A stretch of 61,170 nucleotides of DNA, the filler included. It is 5 parts of 5 records of this genome, joined end to end, with 100 filler letters (N's around TTAATTAATTAA, not from the genome) between each part and the next. Parts side by side here need not be neighbours in the genome. Positions count along the whole stretch, not along the records: positions 1 to 25,652 come from SRR16203515_4780; 4 more parts are not named here. One strand, given 5' to 3'. This document shows, one piece after another, positions 1-10,834 of this stretch. The translations under genes and the position numbers were made by a program. The first letter of the stretch is position 1. Each line of letters opens with the position of its first letter. The notes under the pieces were generated by a model. The model did no database searches. It was not told where the DNA came from and saw only the letters and a list, made by a program, of their open reading frames with translations.

Positions 1-615
<615 letters not shown>

Positions 616-645
616 CTAATGAGTTAATATTCTTACGATTTGCGA

Positions 646-933
646 TTAGGACAAAATGCCCAAAATATCGCTCTCTTTCATCATCAACAGCTCTTCGCCG
701 TCGACTGTGACTTCTGTGCCTGACCATTTGCCGAATAACACTTTGTCACCGTCTTTTACGGCCATTGCGATCAACTCGCCGCTGTCTTTGCGCGCGCCTT
801 CGCCACATGCAACGATTACGCCTTCCGCTGGCTTTTCTTTTGCACTGTCAGGAATGATAAGACCACCAGAAGTTTTCTCGTCGCTCTCAACACGGCGAAC
901 AAGCACACGATCGTGAAGCGGTTTTAATGCCAT
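646..933 (-). CDS. groES: Co-chaperonin GroES
   Basis: [14 protein letters not shown]...[13 protein letters not shown]; directly upstream of groEL. Confidence 0.98.
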   Translation of the reverse strand: MALKPLHDRVLVRRVESDEKTSGGLIIPDSAKEKPAEGVIVACGEGARKDSGELIAMAVKDGDKVLFGKWSGTEVTVDGEELLMMKESDILGILS

Positions 934-979
934 TTTAGAGGCTCCCTAAAAAAAGTTACGTTACGCCCGTATTGGGCTA

Positions 980-1006
980 TTAGCACTCATACCCATCGAG
1001 TGCTAA
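980..1006. promoter_or_regulatory. CIRCE element (HrcA operator)
   Basis: Exact TTAGCACTC-N9-GAGTGCTAA in the groES leader. Confidence 0.97.
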
Positions 1007-1014
1007 CGACGCAT

Positions 1015-1043
1015 AGTTAGGGATCACGTAAACGAGTGTCAAC
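1015..1043 (-). promoter_or_regulatory. Probable groESL promoter (RpoH-like)
   Basis: Minus strand GTTGAC-N16-CCTAACT just upstream of CIRCE; resembles the alphaproteobacterial CTTGAA-N16-CCTATAT consensus. Confidence 0.6.
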
Positions 1044-1071
1044 ACTCACCTCTAAAAAATCTGACTCTTTT

Positions 1072-3084
1072 TTATGTCGCTAATCCGCGCCCCTGCAAAA
1101 GGGCGTTAATTCCCGGCATGCGCCCGCGGAATTGGGTGTATAGCACATCAGGTTCGACCGATCCGCCTTTGGATAACACGGTATTTTCCAGTTTTCGTGC
1201 CAAGTCCGCGTTAAACGGACTCTCGATTTCTTCAAATGCGGCGAATGCGTCTGCATCCATGACTTCGGACCACATATAACTGTAATAGCCGGCGGAATAC
1301 CCGTCCCCTGCAAAGACATGGGCAAAATGCGGCGTGGCGTGTCGCATCGTGATTTCGCTAGGCATTCCAATTTGATCTAACACACGTGACTGTGCTGCCA
1401 TAATGTCATCGTTCGGCACATTTGTGTGATATTCCAAATCGACAATCGCGGATGCCAAATATTCCACCGTCGAAAAACCCATGTCATAGGTTGCGGCCTG
1501 ACCAATCCGTTCAATCAACGCATCTGAAATAGGTTCATCCGTATCAACGTGACGCGCAAATTGTTTCAGAATTTCGGGCAACATCGCCCAGTGTTCATAA
1601 AGCTGGCTGGGCAATTCCACAAAGTCGCGCGCAACGCTTGTTCCTGACAGCGAACGATAGGTCACATTTGACAACATCTGATGCAGCGCATGTCCAAATT
1701 CATGGAACAGGGTACGCACATCATCGGTCGAAAGCAGACATGGATCGCCCTTGGCGAAATTACAGACATTCACAACGATCGGGATTTCGGGGCTGGGATA
1801 GTTGGTTTGTGATCGCATCGCCGAACACCATGCCCCAGAGCGTTTTGATCCACGTGCAAAATAATCCCCGATGAATACAGCAACATCAGCCCCAAAACGT
1901 GTCACACGCCATGATTTACAATCGGGATGATACAAGTCCAATTCAATTGGTTCGAATTGCAGTCCGAACAAACGCTCCGCGACATGAAAGGATGCGTTGA
2001 TCATATTGGACAGTTCGAAAAAGGGTTTGATTTCCGCTTCGTCCAAATCAAACTCTGCCTTGCGGCGCTGCTCGGCGTAATAACGCCAATCCCATGTTTG
2101 CAACGCATCGTTGATGCCATCCGTATGCAGCATCGCAGACAGAATTTTTGCGTCCCGTTCAGCCGCTGATTTCGCTGGCTCCCAAACATTCATCAGCAGG
2201 TCGCGCACATTGTCAGGCGTCTTTGCCATTTCTGTTTCTAGTTTAAATTCGGCAAAGTTTTTGTATCCCAACAATTCAGCACGCTCTTGGCGCAATATTA
2301 GGATTTCTTGGGCGATGGCCAGATTGTCATGTTCCCCACCATTTGCGCCCCGCGCATCCCATGCGCGTTTTGCCATTTCACGCAAATCACGGCGGGATGA
2401 AAATTGCAAAAATGGAGCGATCAGGGATCGGGACGTGGTGATGACAGGTCCGTTCACCCCCTTTTCCTTGCCTGCGTTGCGCGCGGCCTCGATCAAGAAA
2501 TCGGGCAGGCCCTCTAGATCATCTTCCGACAATTCCATGAACCAATCGCGTTCATCGGCCAAAACGTTCTGCGTGAACGTTGTACAAAGGACTGACAGCC
2601 GCGATTTGATTTCCGTCAGACGCGCTTCGGTCTCCCCCGTCAGCGCCGCGCCAGAACGCACAAATCCTAGGTATTGATCCTTTAACAGCATCATCTGTTC
2701 TTCGTTCAAACCCAAGGTATCCTTGGAATTCCACAGGGTTTCAATACGCTGAAACAGGGCTTTATTTCCGCTGATCTTGGCCCCATGCGCGGCCAGCTTT
2801 GGTGAAAACTCTCGCATTAAGGCGTCAAGCTCTGGATTGGTATTCGCACCTGCCATTGCGTAAAACGGCGACAGCACTTTGTGCATCAATTCACTCGTTG
2901 TTTCCAATGCTTCAATGGTATTGGCGAATGTTGCGGGTTCTGGGTTTTGGGCGATGGCATCAATTTTCGCCGAATCATCTTGCATGGCGATGTCCAATGC
3001 TGGTGAAAAATCCGCTGCTGTGATTTTTGCAAATGGAGGAACCTGAAACGATGTGTCCCAAACGTCCAACAATGGATTTGTCAT
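1072..3084 (-). CDS. dcp: M3 family metallopeptidase (peptidyl-dipeptidase Dcp-like)
   Basis: 670 aa; FHEFGHALH zinc motif, DFVELPSQ, GYSAGYYSYMWSEV. Confidence 0.9.
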   Translation of the reverse strand: MTNPLLDVWDTSFQVPPFAKITAADFSPALDIAMQDDSAKIDAIAQNPEPATFANTIEALETTSELMHKVLSPFYAMAGANTNPELDALMREFSPKLAAHGAKISGNKALFQRIETLWNSKDTLGLNEEQMMLLKDQYLGFVRSGAALTGETEARLTEIKSRLSVLCTTFTQNVLADERDWFMELSEDDLEGLPDFLIEAARNAGKEKGVNGPVITTSRSLIAPFLQFSSRRDLREMAKRAWDARGANGGEHDNLAIAQEILILRQERAELLGYKNFAEFKLETEMAKTPDNVRDLLMNVWEPAKSAAERDAKILSAMLHTDGINDALQTWDWRYYAEQRRKAEFDLDEAEIKPFFELSNMINASFHVAERLFGLQFEPIELDLYHPDCKSWRVTRFGADVAVFIGDYFARGSKRSGAWCSAMRSQTNYPSPEIPIVVNVCNFAKGDPCLLSTDDVRTLFHEFGHALHQMLSNVTYRSLSGTSVARDFVELPSQLYEHWAMLPEILKQFARHVDTDEPISDALIERIGQAATYDMGFSTVEYLASAIVDLEYHTNVPNDDIMAAQSRVLDQIGMPSEITMRHATPHFAHVFAGDGYSAGYYSYMWSEVMDADAFAAFEEIESPFNADLARKLENTVLSKGGSVEPDVLYTQFRGRMPGINALLQGRGLAT

Positions 3085-3104
3085 ACTGCGCGCCTTTCTA
3101 TGCG

Positions 3105-4088
3105 TTATGTTTGTCCTGAACAGATGGGACAGTCGGTTCGTTTATTCAATCTGATCTGGCGGGTTTCGCCGAAATGGGCATCATAAATCAACATCGACCC
3201 TGTCAAAGTTGCACCCGTTTTCAGGATCAATTTCATCGCTTCGCCCGCCATCATTGTGCCAATCACACCTGGTAACGGCGCAAAAACGCCTGCTTCGGCA
3301 CAACTTGGGGCCAAACCATCAGCGGGTTTTTCAGGAAAGATACACTGATAACAGGGCCCTTTTCGCGCGGGGTCGAACACAGAAATCTGGCCTTCCCATT
3401 GACTAAGCGCGCCTGACACCATCGGTTTTTGCTGCGTAACGGCAATTTTGTTCACCAAATATCTGGTTTCAAAATTGTCGCTGCCTTCCAGTATCAGGTC
3501 ATAGTCTGCGATCAATTCTTCTGCGATCTCTTCGTCTAGGCGTCGATTGTACGGCTTCACCTCAACGTGTGGGTTTTGTGCCAACATCTGCGCCTTGGCG
3601 GAAAAAACCTTGGGCGTTCCAATTCCCTCTTCGGTATGGATCACCTGTCGTTGCAGGTTTGCGTTTTCAACAGTGTCATCATCAATAACACCAATTATAC
3701 CAACCCCCGCCGCGGCAAGGTATTGCAGCGCTGGCGCACCCAATCCCCCTGCCCCAACAACCAACACCTTGGCGTCCTTTAGTCGTTTTTGCCCCGTCCC
3801 CCCGATTTCGCGCATCACGATGTGACGGGCGTAGCGTTCCAATTCGGTACTTGAAAAAGGCCCGGCTGATTTCGTTGGTTGTGACTCTTGCGGATGGGCA
3901 CGTGCGCGTAAAAATGTCAGAAATTGACGATACAGATAAATACCACCAACCACAGTTATCAAAACCGACCAGGCGGCCAATGATTGTCCCAAAATAACAA
4001 GGTCTGGCGCGATTGATCCTGCAACCATCATCCAAACGCAGAGGATCAGGATGATCACGACACCATTGATCAGCATTCTACGCGTCAT
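3105..4088 (-). CDS. moeB: HesA/MoeB/ThiF family adenylyltransferase with N-terminal membrane extension
   Basis: ERYARHI, VVGAGGLG, NLQRQ, CYQC and CPIC. Start moved to ATG 4088, just after the dut stop. Confidence 0.85.
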   Translation of the reverse strand: MTRRMLINGVVIILILCVWMMVAGSIAPDLVILGQSLAAWSVLITVVGGIYLYRQFLTFLRARAHPQESQPTKSAGPFSSTELERYARHIVMREIGGTGQKRLKDAKVLVVGAGGLGAPALQYLAAAGVGIIGVIDDDTVENANLQRQVIHTEEGIGTPKVFSAKAQMLAQNPHVEVKPYNRRLDEEIAEELIADYDLILEGSDNFETRYLVNKIAVTQQKPMVSGALSQWEGQISVFDPARKGPCYQCIFPEKPADGLAPSCAEAGVFAPLPGVIGTMMAGEAMKLILKTGATLTGSMLIYDAHFGETRQIRLNKRTDCPICSGQT

Positions 4089-4089
4089 C

Positions 4090-4554
4090 CTATGTTGCCC
4101 CTGTTGATCCAAAACCACCCGCGCCCCGATCCGTTTCATCAAGTGCATCTACAATCGCAAAGGTCGCCTGAACGACAGGTGCGACAACCATTTGTGCGAT
4201 CCGCATTCCATGGGTCACGCGGAACACATCTGCACCCCCATTCCAAAGGATCACGCCCAAATCACCACGGTAATCGCTGTCGATGGTCCCAATCGCGTTG
4301 GCCAAAGTAATCCCGTTTTTCAGTGCGAGACCAGAACGCGCCCGCACCTGCACCTCATACCCCATCGGGATTTCCAAACGCAGTCCTGTGGGGAGCAGGG
4401 CACGCCCTCCTGGGGATATTTCGATACCAGTGTCGCGATGAACATCGGGCAGATTGGCCCGCAAATCTGCGCCCGCCGCCCCAACTGTTTCATAAGTCGG
4501 AAGCCCAAGATCGCGATCCGCAGTATCAGACCAAGAAACCTTTATATTGACCAT
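4090..4554 (-). CDS. dut: dUTP diphosphatase
   Basis: [19 protein letters not shown] and [10 protein letters not shown] motifs. Confidence 0.97.
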   Translation of the reverse strand: MVNIKVSWSDTADRDLGLPTYETVGAAGADLRANLPDVHRDTGIEISPGGRALLPTGLRLEIPMGYEVQVRARSGLALKNGITLANAIGTIDSDYRGDLGVILWNGGADVFRVTHGMRIAQMVVAPVVQATFAIVDALDETDRGAGGFGSTGAT

Positions 4555-5760
4555 TTATGATGTCCCCAAAATCTCATCCGCGATCCGGTCGGCCAATTTT
4601 GCAGCGACCTCTGCCTTGCTTAGGCGCGGCCACTGATCCGTCCCCTGTTCTGTTACCAAAATCACCTGATTTTCACTGCCACCCATAATGCCAGTTTCGG
4701 GGGACACATCGTTCGCAACGATCCAATCACACCCCTTACGCGCGCGTTTTGAGGTGGCGTTTTCAATCACGTCATCCGTTTCCGCCGCAAACCCAATCAC
4801 AAGGGATGGGCGGGCGGTTGCACCAAGCTGTGCAACATGCGCAAGGATGTCTGGATTTTCAGTCAGCGACAATTCCGGCAAAGACCCATTTAGTTTTTTG
4901 ATTTTCGATCCGGACGCATTCTCCACTCGCCAATCCGCAACAGCTGCCGCGAATATCGCGCAGGCCACATCTAGGTTCGCAGTTACGGCATCAAACATGT
5001 CCTGTGCGCTTTCTACTTCAATCACGTGGACGCCGTTGGGGGGTGGCACATCAGCGGGGCCCGTCACAAACCGCACATCTGCGCCCAAATCTCGTAATGC
5101 GATAGCAATTGCAGTTCCCTGAGCACCAGAGGATCGATTTGCGATATAGCGAACGGGATCAATCGGTTCATGCGTTGGACCAGATGTCACCAGAACCTTG
5201 CGACCAACAAGTGGACGCGGCGCAAACTGCGCGGCAATGGCGTCAATTATCTCCAATGGCTCTGACATGCGACCGGGTCCATAATCTCCACAAGCCATGT
5301 CACCAGGGTTCGGGCCAACAATATGGACCCCATCGACCGTTAATTGCGCCAAATTACGCTGTGTCGCTGGGTGATCCCACATCCGTACATTCATGGCAGG
5401 GGCGATCAAAACAGGCGTATCAGTCGCCAACAACAAAGTTGAGGCCAAATCATTCGCCAGCCCATTCGCCATCTTTGCCATCAAATCCGCACTGGCAGGG
5501 GCAACCACAATCAAATCCGCGCTACGCGACAGTTGAATGTGGCCCATGTCCGATTCAGCCGTTAAATCAAATAAATCCTGATACACTTGAACACCCGCAA
5601 AAGCAGACACCGACAGCGGGGTTACAAATTCAGACGCGGCCTGTGTCATAACAGGGGTCACCGACGCACCGCGTTCACGCATACGCCTGATCAGATCGAG
5701 CGATTTATACGCAGCAATTCCACCTGAAATGATCAAAAGGATGTTTTTACCCGCAAGCAT
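4555..5760 (-). CDS. coaBC: Phosphopantothenoylcysteine decarboxylase/synthetase
   Basis: GGIAAYKS, PAMNVRMW, TSGPTHEPIDPVRYIANRSSG, GFAAET. ATG 5760 has a GAGG upstream (alternative GTG 5769). Confidence 0.95.
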   Translation of the reverse strand: MLAGKNILLIISGGIAAYKSLDLIRRMRERGASVTPVMTQAASEFVTPLSVSAFAGVQVYQDLFDLTAESDMGHIQLSRSADLIVVAPASADLMAKMANGLANDLASTLLLATDTPVLIAPAMNVRMWDHPATQRNLAQLTVDGVHIVGPNPGDMACGDYGPGRMSEPLEIIDAIAAQFAPRPLVGRKVLVTSGPTHEPIDPVRYIANRSSGAQGTAIAIALRDLGADVRFVTGPADVPPPNGVHVIEVESAQDMFDAVTANLDVACAIFAAAVADWRVENASGSKIKKLNGSLPELSLTENPDILAHVAQLGATARPSLVIGFAAETDDVIENATSKRARKGCDWIVANDVSPETGIMGGSENQVILVTEQGTDQWPRLSKAEVAAKLADRIADEILGTS

Positions 5761-5838
5761 ATTCGCCACCTCGTGTTCCTATGCTTGCGACACTATTTTG
5801 TTTCGCCACCCTTCTGCAAGGGCAGATCGACCAATGCT

Positions 5839-6714
5839 TTATAGGTAGTGTGCAACCTCTGCCATGTTGTTTTGCAGATGCTTGCGCAGTTTTTGAAACG
5901 CCGCCGCTTCGATTTGGCGTATGCGCTCTTTTGAAAGGCTCAACTCTTTTCCAAGGCTTTCAAGCGTGCGCGTATCCTCGCGAATTGCACGTTCACGAAC
6001 GATTAGGCGTTCACGTTCATTCAGCGTGGACAGCGCGTCCAACAAACACTTACGCAAATGCGCATTGTCATGTGCTTGCTCAAACAGGCTGTCTGCGCCC
6101 TCACTTTCATCCTCGAGCGTTTCAATCCACTCGCGGCCTTCTTCGTCTGTCGATTGTGTTGCATTCAATGAATAGTCAGAGCCTGACAGGCGTCCGTCCA
6201 TCATCTTAACATCACCCAGTGGCACACCAATTTCCGTTGCGATTTTTCGGTGCAGTTGGTCGCTATCCAGGGCAATGCCCATCTGCATGGCTTCACGCTC
6301 TAACTGTGCTTGAATGCGGCGCATGTTGAAGAACAGCGCTTTTTGCGAACTTGTTGAGCCTGTGCGGACCAAGGACCAATTCCGCATGACATAGTCCTGA
6401 ACGCTTGCCTTAATCCACCAAACGGCATATGTCGAAAAACGCACGCCACGATCGGGATCAAATTTCTCGGCGGCCTTCATCAAACCCAATCCCGCCTCTT
6501 GGATAAGGTCATTCATAGGCACGCCATAGCGCTTGAATTTTGACGCCATCGAAATCGCCAGCCGCATATATGCAGTGATTAATCTGTGCAGCGCTTGTTC
6601 ATCTCTGTGATCGCGCCACAGATACGCAAGTTGTAGTTCAGTCTCCGCGTCCAATAACTCCGCCTTCATCGCACGGCGGGAAAGTGAAATCGCATTCGCT
6701 TGGTCCAAAGCCAT
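5839..6714 (-). CDS. rpoH2: RNA polymerase sigma-32 family factor RpoH2
   Basis: DLIQEAGLGLMKAAEKFDPDRGVRFSTYAVWWIKA; RpoH box variant QKALFFNMRR; region 4 SKERIRQIE. Confidence 0.9.
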   Translation of the reverse strand: MALDQANAISLSRRAMKAELLDAETELQLAYLWRDHRDEQALHRLITAYMRLAISMASKFKRYGVPMNDLIQEAGLGLMKAAEKFDPDRGVRFSTYAVWWIKASVQDYVMRNWSLVRTGSTSSQKALFFNMRRIQAQLEREAMQMGIALDSDQLHRKIATEIGVPLGDVKMMDGRLSGSDYSLNATQSTDEEGREWIETLEDESEGADSLFEQAHDNAHLRKCLLDALSTLNERERLIVRERAIREDTRTLESLGKELSLSKERIRQIEAAAFQKLRKHLQNNMAEVAHYL

Positions 6715-6769
6715 CTCAGTAGCTCCTTATGCTTGCAACCCTGTTTAATTTCTTGTTCTTTGTATTAGG

Positions 6770-6795
6770 TACGCGGCAACGCCGGGATCGGATCA
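6770..6795 (-). promoter_or_regulatory. RpoE (sigmaE/ChrR-type) promoter of rpoH2
   Basis: Minus strand TGATCC-N15-GCGTA, matching the Rhodobacter sigmaE consensus; rpoH2 is a known sigmaE target in Rhodobacter. Confidence 0.8.
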
Positions 6796-6808
6796 CTTTG
6801 AGGGGAAA

Positions 6809-7327
6809 ATGACGAAATTAGCGACATTGGTGTTGGGGGGTATCAACTCTGGAAAGTCCGCTTTTGCAGAAACCTTGATCACACATCATTCCGCCACACC
6901 CTATTACATCGCAACCTCCGTGGTGCTTGATCAAGAAACCAAGGAAAAAGTTGACGCCCATCAAACTATGCGCGGGCCGAATTGGCATACCATCGAAGAG
7001 CCTGTGGAAATTGGTGCGGCACTGGAACAGCTTCCCGCTGGATCGGTTGTTTTAGTTGATTGCCTGACCATGTGGTTGAATAACTTGATGTATCACGAGC
7101 TTGATGTTGACGATTACACGCAACACTTGCTTGAAACGCTTGCACAGTCTGAACTGAACATCACCTTTGTCAGTAATGAAGTTGGATTGGGCGGGATTTC
7201 CGAAAATGCGCTCACACGGAAATTTGCGCGTTTTCAAGGGACTTTGAACCAAAAAATTGCTGAAAAATCGGATCGAGTTGCTTTTGTTGCTGCAGGGTTG
7301 CCAATGTGGTTGAAGGGTTGGATTTAA
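6809..7327 (+). CDS. cobU: Adenosylcobinamide kinase/adenosylcobinamide-phosphate guanylyltransferase
   Basis: GGINSGKS P-loop, W.TIEEP, LVDCLTMWL, VSNEVGLG. Confidence 0.92.
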   Translation: MTKLATLVLGGINSGKSAFAETLITHHSATPYYIATSVVLDQETKEKVDAHQTMRGPNWHTIEEPVEIGAALEQLPAGSVVLVDCLTMWLNNLMYHELDVDDYTQHLLETLAQSELNITFVSNEVGLGGISENALTRKFARFQGTLNQKIAEKSDRVAFVAAGLPMWLKGWI

Positions 7328-7914
7328 TGGACCTGTACCTTATTCGGCACGCACCCACCCACCGTAAATCCATGGTCGGGTGGAGCGATGTTGACGCCGA
7401 TTTCAGCGACGCAGATCGCCTTGATGCGTTAAACGCCTTCCTTCCACAGCCCGCCGATTTGGTATCCTCCGATTTGCGTCGCACTGTTGGCACGGCGGAT
7501 CGTTTGGCCAAAGGTCGGCAGCGTTTAGAGCATTGTCCAGATCTGCGTGAAATCAACTTTGGCGATTGGGAATTGAAAACGTTTGCCGAAATTCAAGAAA
7601 CCCACGCCGAGGATATTCGTGCCTTTTACGAAACGCCCGGATCAATTACGGCCCCGAATGGCGAATGCTGGAACGGATTTTACGAACGCGTACATGCAGG
7701 GTTTGACGGATTGTTGCAGCGTACCCAAGGCCCGCTGATCGCGGCGGTGCATTTTGGGGTTGTGATTGCCGCTATCCAGCGTGCGTTAGATGTGTCCGCT
7801 TACGAGGCCTTTTCACATCGCATCGATAACCTTTCGCTGACACATATACGCATCATTGATGGCATATGGGATGCGGTGCGCATCAATGATACGGACCCAT
7901 TAACCAATTCGTAA
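7327..7914 (+). CDS. Histidine phosphatase family protein (CobC-like)
   Basis: LIRHAPT, SSDLRR, LREINFGDWE; coupled to cobU by a TAATG overlap. Confidence 0.8.
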   Translation: MDLYLIRHAPTHRKSMVGWSDVDADFSDADRLDALNAFLPQPADLVSSDLRRTVGTADRLAKGRQRLEHCPDLREINFGDWELKTFAEIQETHAEDIRAFYETPGSITAPNGECWNGFYERVHAGFDGLLQRTQGPLIAAVHFGVVIAAIQRALDVSAYEAFSHRIDNLSLTHIRIIDGIWDAVRINDTDPLTNS

Positions 7915-7951
7915 CCTCTCTTTGCGACCTCAGTTAAGAGGTTAACAATAG

Positions 7952-9461
7952 ATGATTACACGCGCATTTTCCGTTTGCTTTGAGGGCATTGAACCGCAGC
8001 TTGTTGAAATCGAATGCGCGATTTCACCGGGCCTGCCCGCATTTTCAGTCATTGGCCTACCAGATATAGCGGTCAGCGAGGCGCGTGATCGCATCAGATC
8101 TGCCTTGGGCGCGCTGTCAATCGCGCTGCCCTCGCGTCGGATCACAATCAACCTCTCTCCTGCCGATATGCCCAAAGAAGGATCGCATTTGGATTTGCCC
8201 ATTGCGCTGGCCCTTTTAGCGGCACTGAACATCATAACACATGAGGATAGCGAAGGCGCGCTTGCCATTGGTGAACTCTCGCTTGATGGGCGCTTGCAAC
8301 CTGTGGTCGGCGCTCTGCCCGCCGCGCTGAAAGCGGCCGAATTGGGCAAGGATTTATATTGCCCCGAAACATCAGGGGCCGAGGCCGCATGGGTGGATGC
8401 CACACGGGTTTTTGCGACAAAATCCATGATGGCAATCATTCAACACCTGACAGGTCAGGCACCGCGTGAACCCGTCGGCGGCACGACGAATCACCCCACA
8501 AAAATCTATGTTGGACATGGCAGAGGTGCGCGGACAAGAACGCGCAAAACGCGCCTTGGAAATCGCCGCGGCGGGCCGTCATCATGTGTTTTTGGTGGGG
8601 CCACCTGGGTCAGGTAAATCCATGATGGCCGCCCGTATGGCCGGCATTCTGCCCCCCCTAAACGCTATGGAGGCGTTGGAGACATCCATGATCCAATCCG
8701 TTGCGGGATTGTTGGGGTCAGACGGCATTCAATCCACACGCCCCTTTCGCGAACCCCATCACACCGCATCCATGGCCGCAATTGTCGGCGGGGGAAAAGG
8801 CGCAAAACCAGGGGAAATTTCACTGGCGCACAATGGCATATTATTTTTGGACGAACTGCCCGAATTTCCACGCCATGTTCTGGAAACCCTGCGCCAACCC
8901 TTGGAAACAGGCGAGGTTATGATTTCGCGGGCAAATGCGCATGTGAAATATCCCTGCAAGTTTTCTTTGATCGCAGCGGCAAATCCCTGCAAATGCGGAT
9001 TTATGACCGACCCTGATCAGGCCTGTGGCCGTGCGCCAAATTGCGGAAACGATTATTTGGGTCGCATATCAGGCCCGCTTATGGACCGCTTTGACTTGCG
9101 GATCGAGGTCCCCGTCGTACGTTTTCAGGACTTAAGTCTGCCTGCAAGCGGCGAACGCAGTCATGTGATTGCAAAACGAGTGTTAGAGGCACGCGCGCTG
9201 CAGGACACGCGTTTTTCGAAGACTGAAATTGCAACAAACTCTGATCTAAAGGGCGATGCAATGGACCGCCTGATAAAGATGGATGAGGATGCGAAAACCT
9301 ATCTTGAGCAGGCTGCGATAAAGCTAAATTTAACGGCTCGCGGATTTCATCGGGTCATTCGTGTCTCGCGCACCATTGCGGATCTGGAACAATCCGAAAA
9401 TGTTGCGCGCCATCACGTCGGCGAAGCGATCAGTTTCCGCAATAGCGCAAATGCGGCCTAG
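7952..9461 (+). pseudogene. comM: ComM/YifB Mg-chelatase-like AAA ATPase, split by a frameshift near 8470-8490
   Basis: The N-terminal part (GLPDIAVSEARDR, NLSPADMPKEGSHLDLPIA) is in ORF 7952-8617; the C-terminal part (GPPGSGKS, PGEISLAHNGILFLDELPEF) is in ORF 8466-9461, a different frame. Confidence 0.85.
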
Positions 9462-10396
9462 CCCGCGCGGAGCGCCTCAATCGCCTCCCAAATCTTTTCT
9501 GCAGCGTTGATACCATCAAAACGCTCAAGCTCTTGGATGCCCGTTGGGGAAGTTACGTTGATTTCAGTTAGATAATCCCCAATCACATCAATCCCGACAA
9601 AAATCTGTCCCTTTTCACGCAAGAGCGGACCAATCGCTGCGCAAATTTCACGATCACGCTCTGTCAGGCCCACTTTTTCAGGACGACCGCCCACATGCAT
9701 GTTGGATCGTGTTTCCCCCTTGGCAGGGACGCGGTTAATCGCACCAATCGGTTCGCCATCAACCAAGATGACGCGCTTATCGCCGTTGGAAACATCTGGC
9801 AGGAATTTCTGCACAATCAAAGGTTCGCGCGAAAATCCAGTGAACACCTCATGCAAAGAGGCAAGGTTTCGATCATTTTGATCCAAACGGAATACGCCCG
9901 CACCGCCATTCCCATAAAGAGGTTTCAGGATGACATCGCCATGCTTTTTCTTGAACGCTTTAATGGTCTCTAGATCACGTGCAATCGTTGTGGGGGGCGT
10001 CAAATCTGGGAAACGCAAAACCAATAGTTTCTCAGGATAATTGCGCACCCAGAACGGATCATTCACCACCAGTGTGTCTGGATGGATCAGGTCAAGCAAA
10101 TGCGTCGTCGTAATATAGTGCATGTCAAAGGGCGGATCTTGGCGCAACCATACAACATCGAAATCCGCTAAATCCACCTCTTGCATTTCGGATAGATCAG
10201 CATGCTGACCCTGCACGCGCTGCACCGTGAAATACTGACCACGGGCTGTGACCTTGCCCTCTTGGAACGCAAGGTGATCAGGCGTGTAAAAAAACAATTC
10301 ATGACCTCTCGCTTGTGCCTCTTCGGCGATGCGAAATGTACTATCTGCGTCGATATTTACGGTTTGGATCGGGTCCATCTGAAATGCAATTTTCAT
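9458..10396 (-). CDS. gshB: Glutathione synthetase
   Basis: [32 protein letters not shown]. Confidence 0.97.
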   Translation of the reverse strand: MKIAFQMDPIQTVNIDADSTFRIAEEAQARGHELFFYTPDHLAFQEGKVTARGQYFTVQRVQGQHADLSEMQEVDLADFDVVWLRQDPPFDMHYITTTHLLDLIHPDTLVVNDPFWVRNYPEKLLVLRFPDLTPPTTIARDLETIKAFKKKHGDVILKPLYGNGGAGVFRLDQNDRNLASLHEVFTGFSREPLIVQKFLPDVSNGDKRVILVDGEPIGAINRVPAKGETRSNMHVGGRPEKVGLTERDREICAAIGPLLREKGQIFVGIDVIGDYLTEINVTSPTGIQELERFDGINAAEKIWEAIEALRAG

Positions 10397-10465
10397 CAAT
10401 TCCTGCCTTCACTTGCGTTTCGCTATAGATGGCCTGTCCAAAGTGATTTGACAATCACCCTGCAG

Positions 10466-10834
10466 TTAAAAACCAGCCAGCGCGTTAGGAATGATCTGAA
10501 TTTCGCCTTTTTGATCCACTAACGCCGCATCCAGCCGCATCTCAAAATTCTGACCAGACAAATGTTCAGCAACAAAAATTTCGGCGGATTGATTGATCCT
10601 TGCGATCTGCTGCAGGCTGATCCGGGATGCAGCAATGTGGTGTGTGCGTGCGCGTTTCACCTCGACAAACAACACTGTATCATTGCGGCGCAAAACAAAA
10701 TCGATTTCACCAGCTGCGTTTTTGAACCGATGTTGTAGGACGTGCCATCCATCGCGTTCATAATGCCGCGCAACTTGAAATTCCGCAGCCTGCCCAGCGT
10801 GATATGAAACTTCACCCGTCGTCGTTTTTGTCAA
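10466..10834 (-). CDS. yraN: YraN family PD-(D/E)xK protein
   Basis: GQAAE, GEIDF, FVEVKR; sits between rsmI and gshB. Confidence 0.88.
   Translation of the reverse strand: MTKTTTGEVSYHAGQAAEFQVARHYERDGWHVLQHRFKNAAGEIDFVLRRNDTVLFVEVKRARTHHIAASRISLQQIARINQSAEIFVAEHLSGQNFEMRLDAALVDQKGEIQIIPNALAGF

Noticed and set aside
8466-8617. Programmed frameshift in comM
   Set aside because: No slippery heptamer or homopolymer at the switch point
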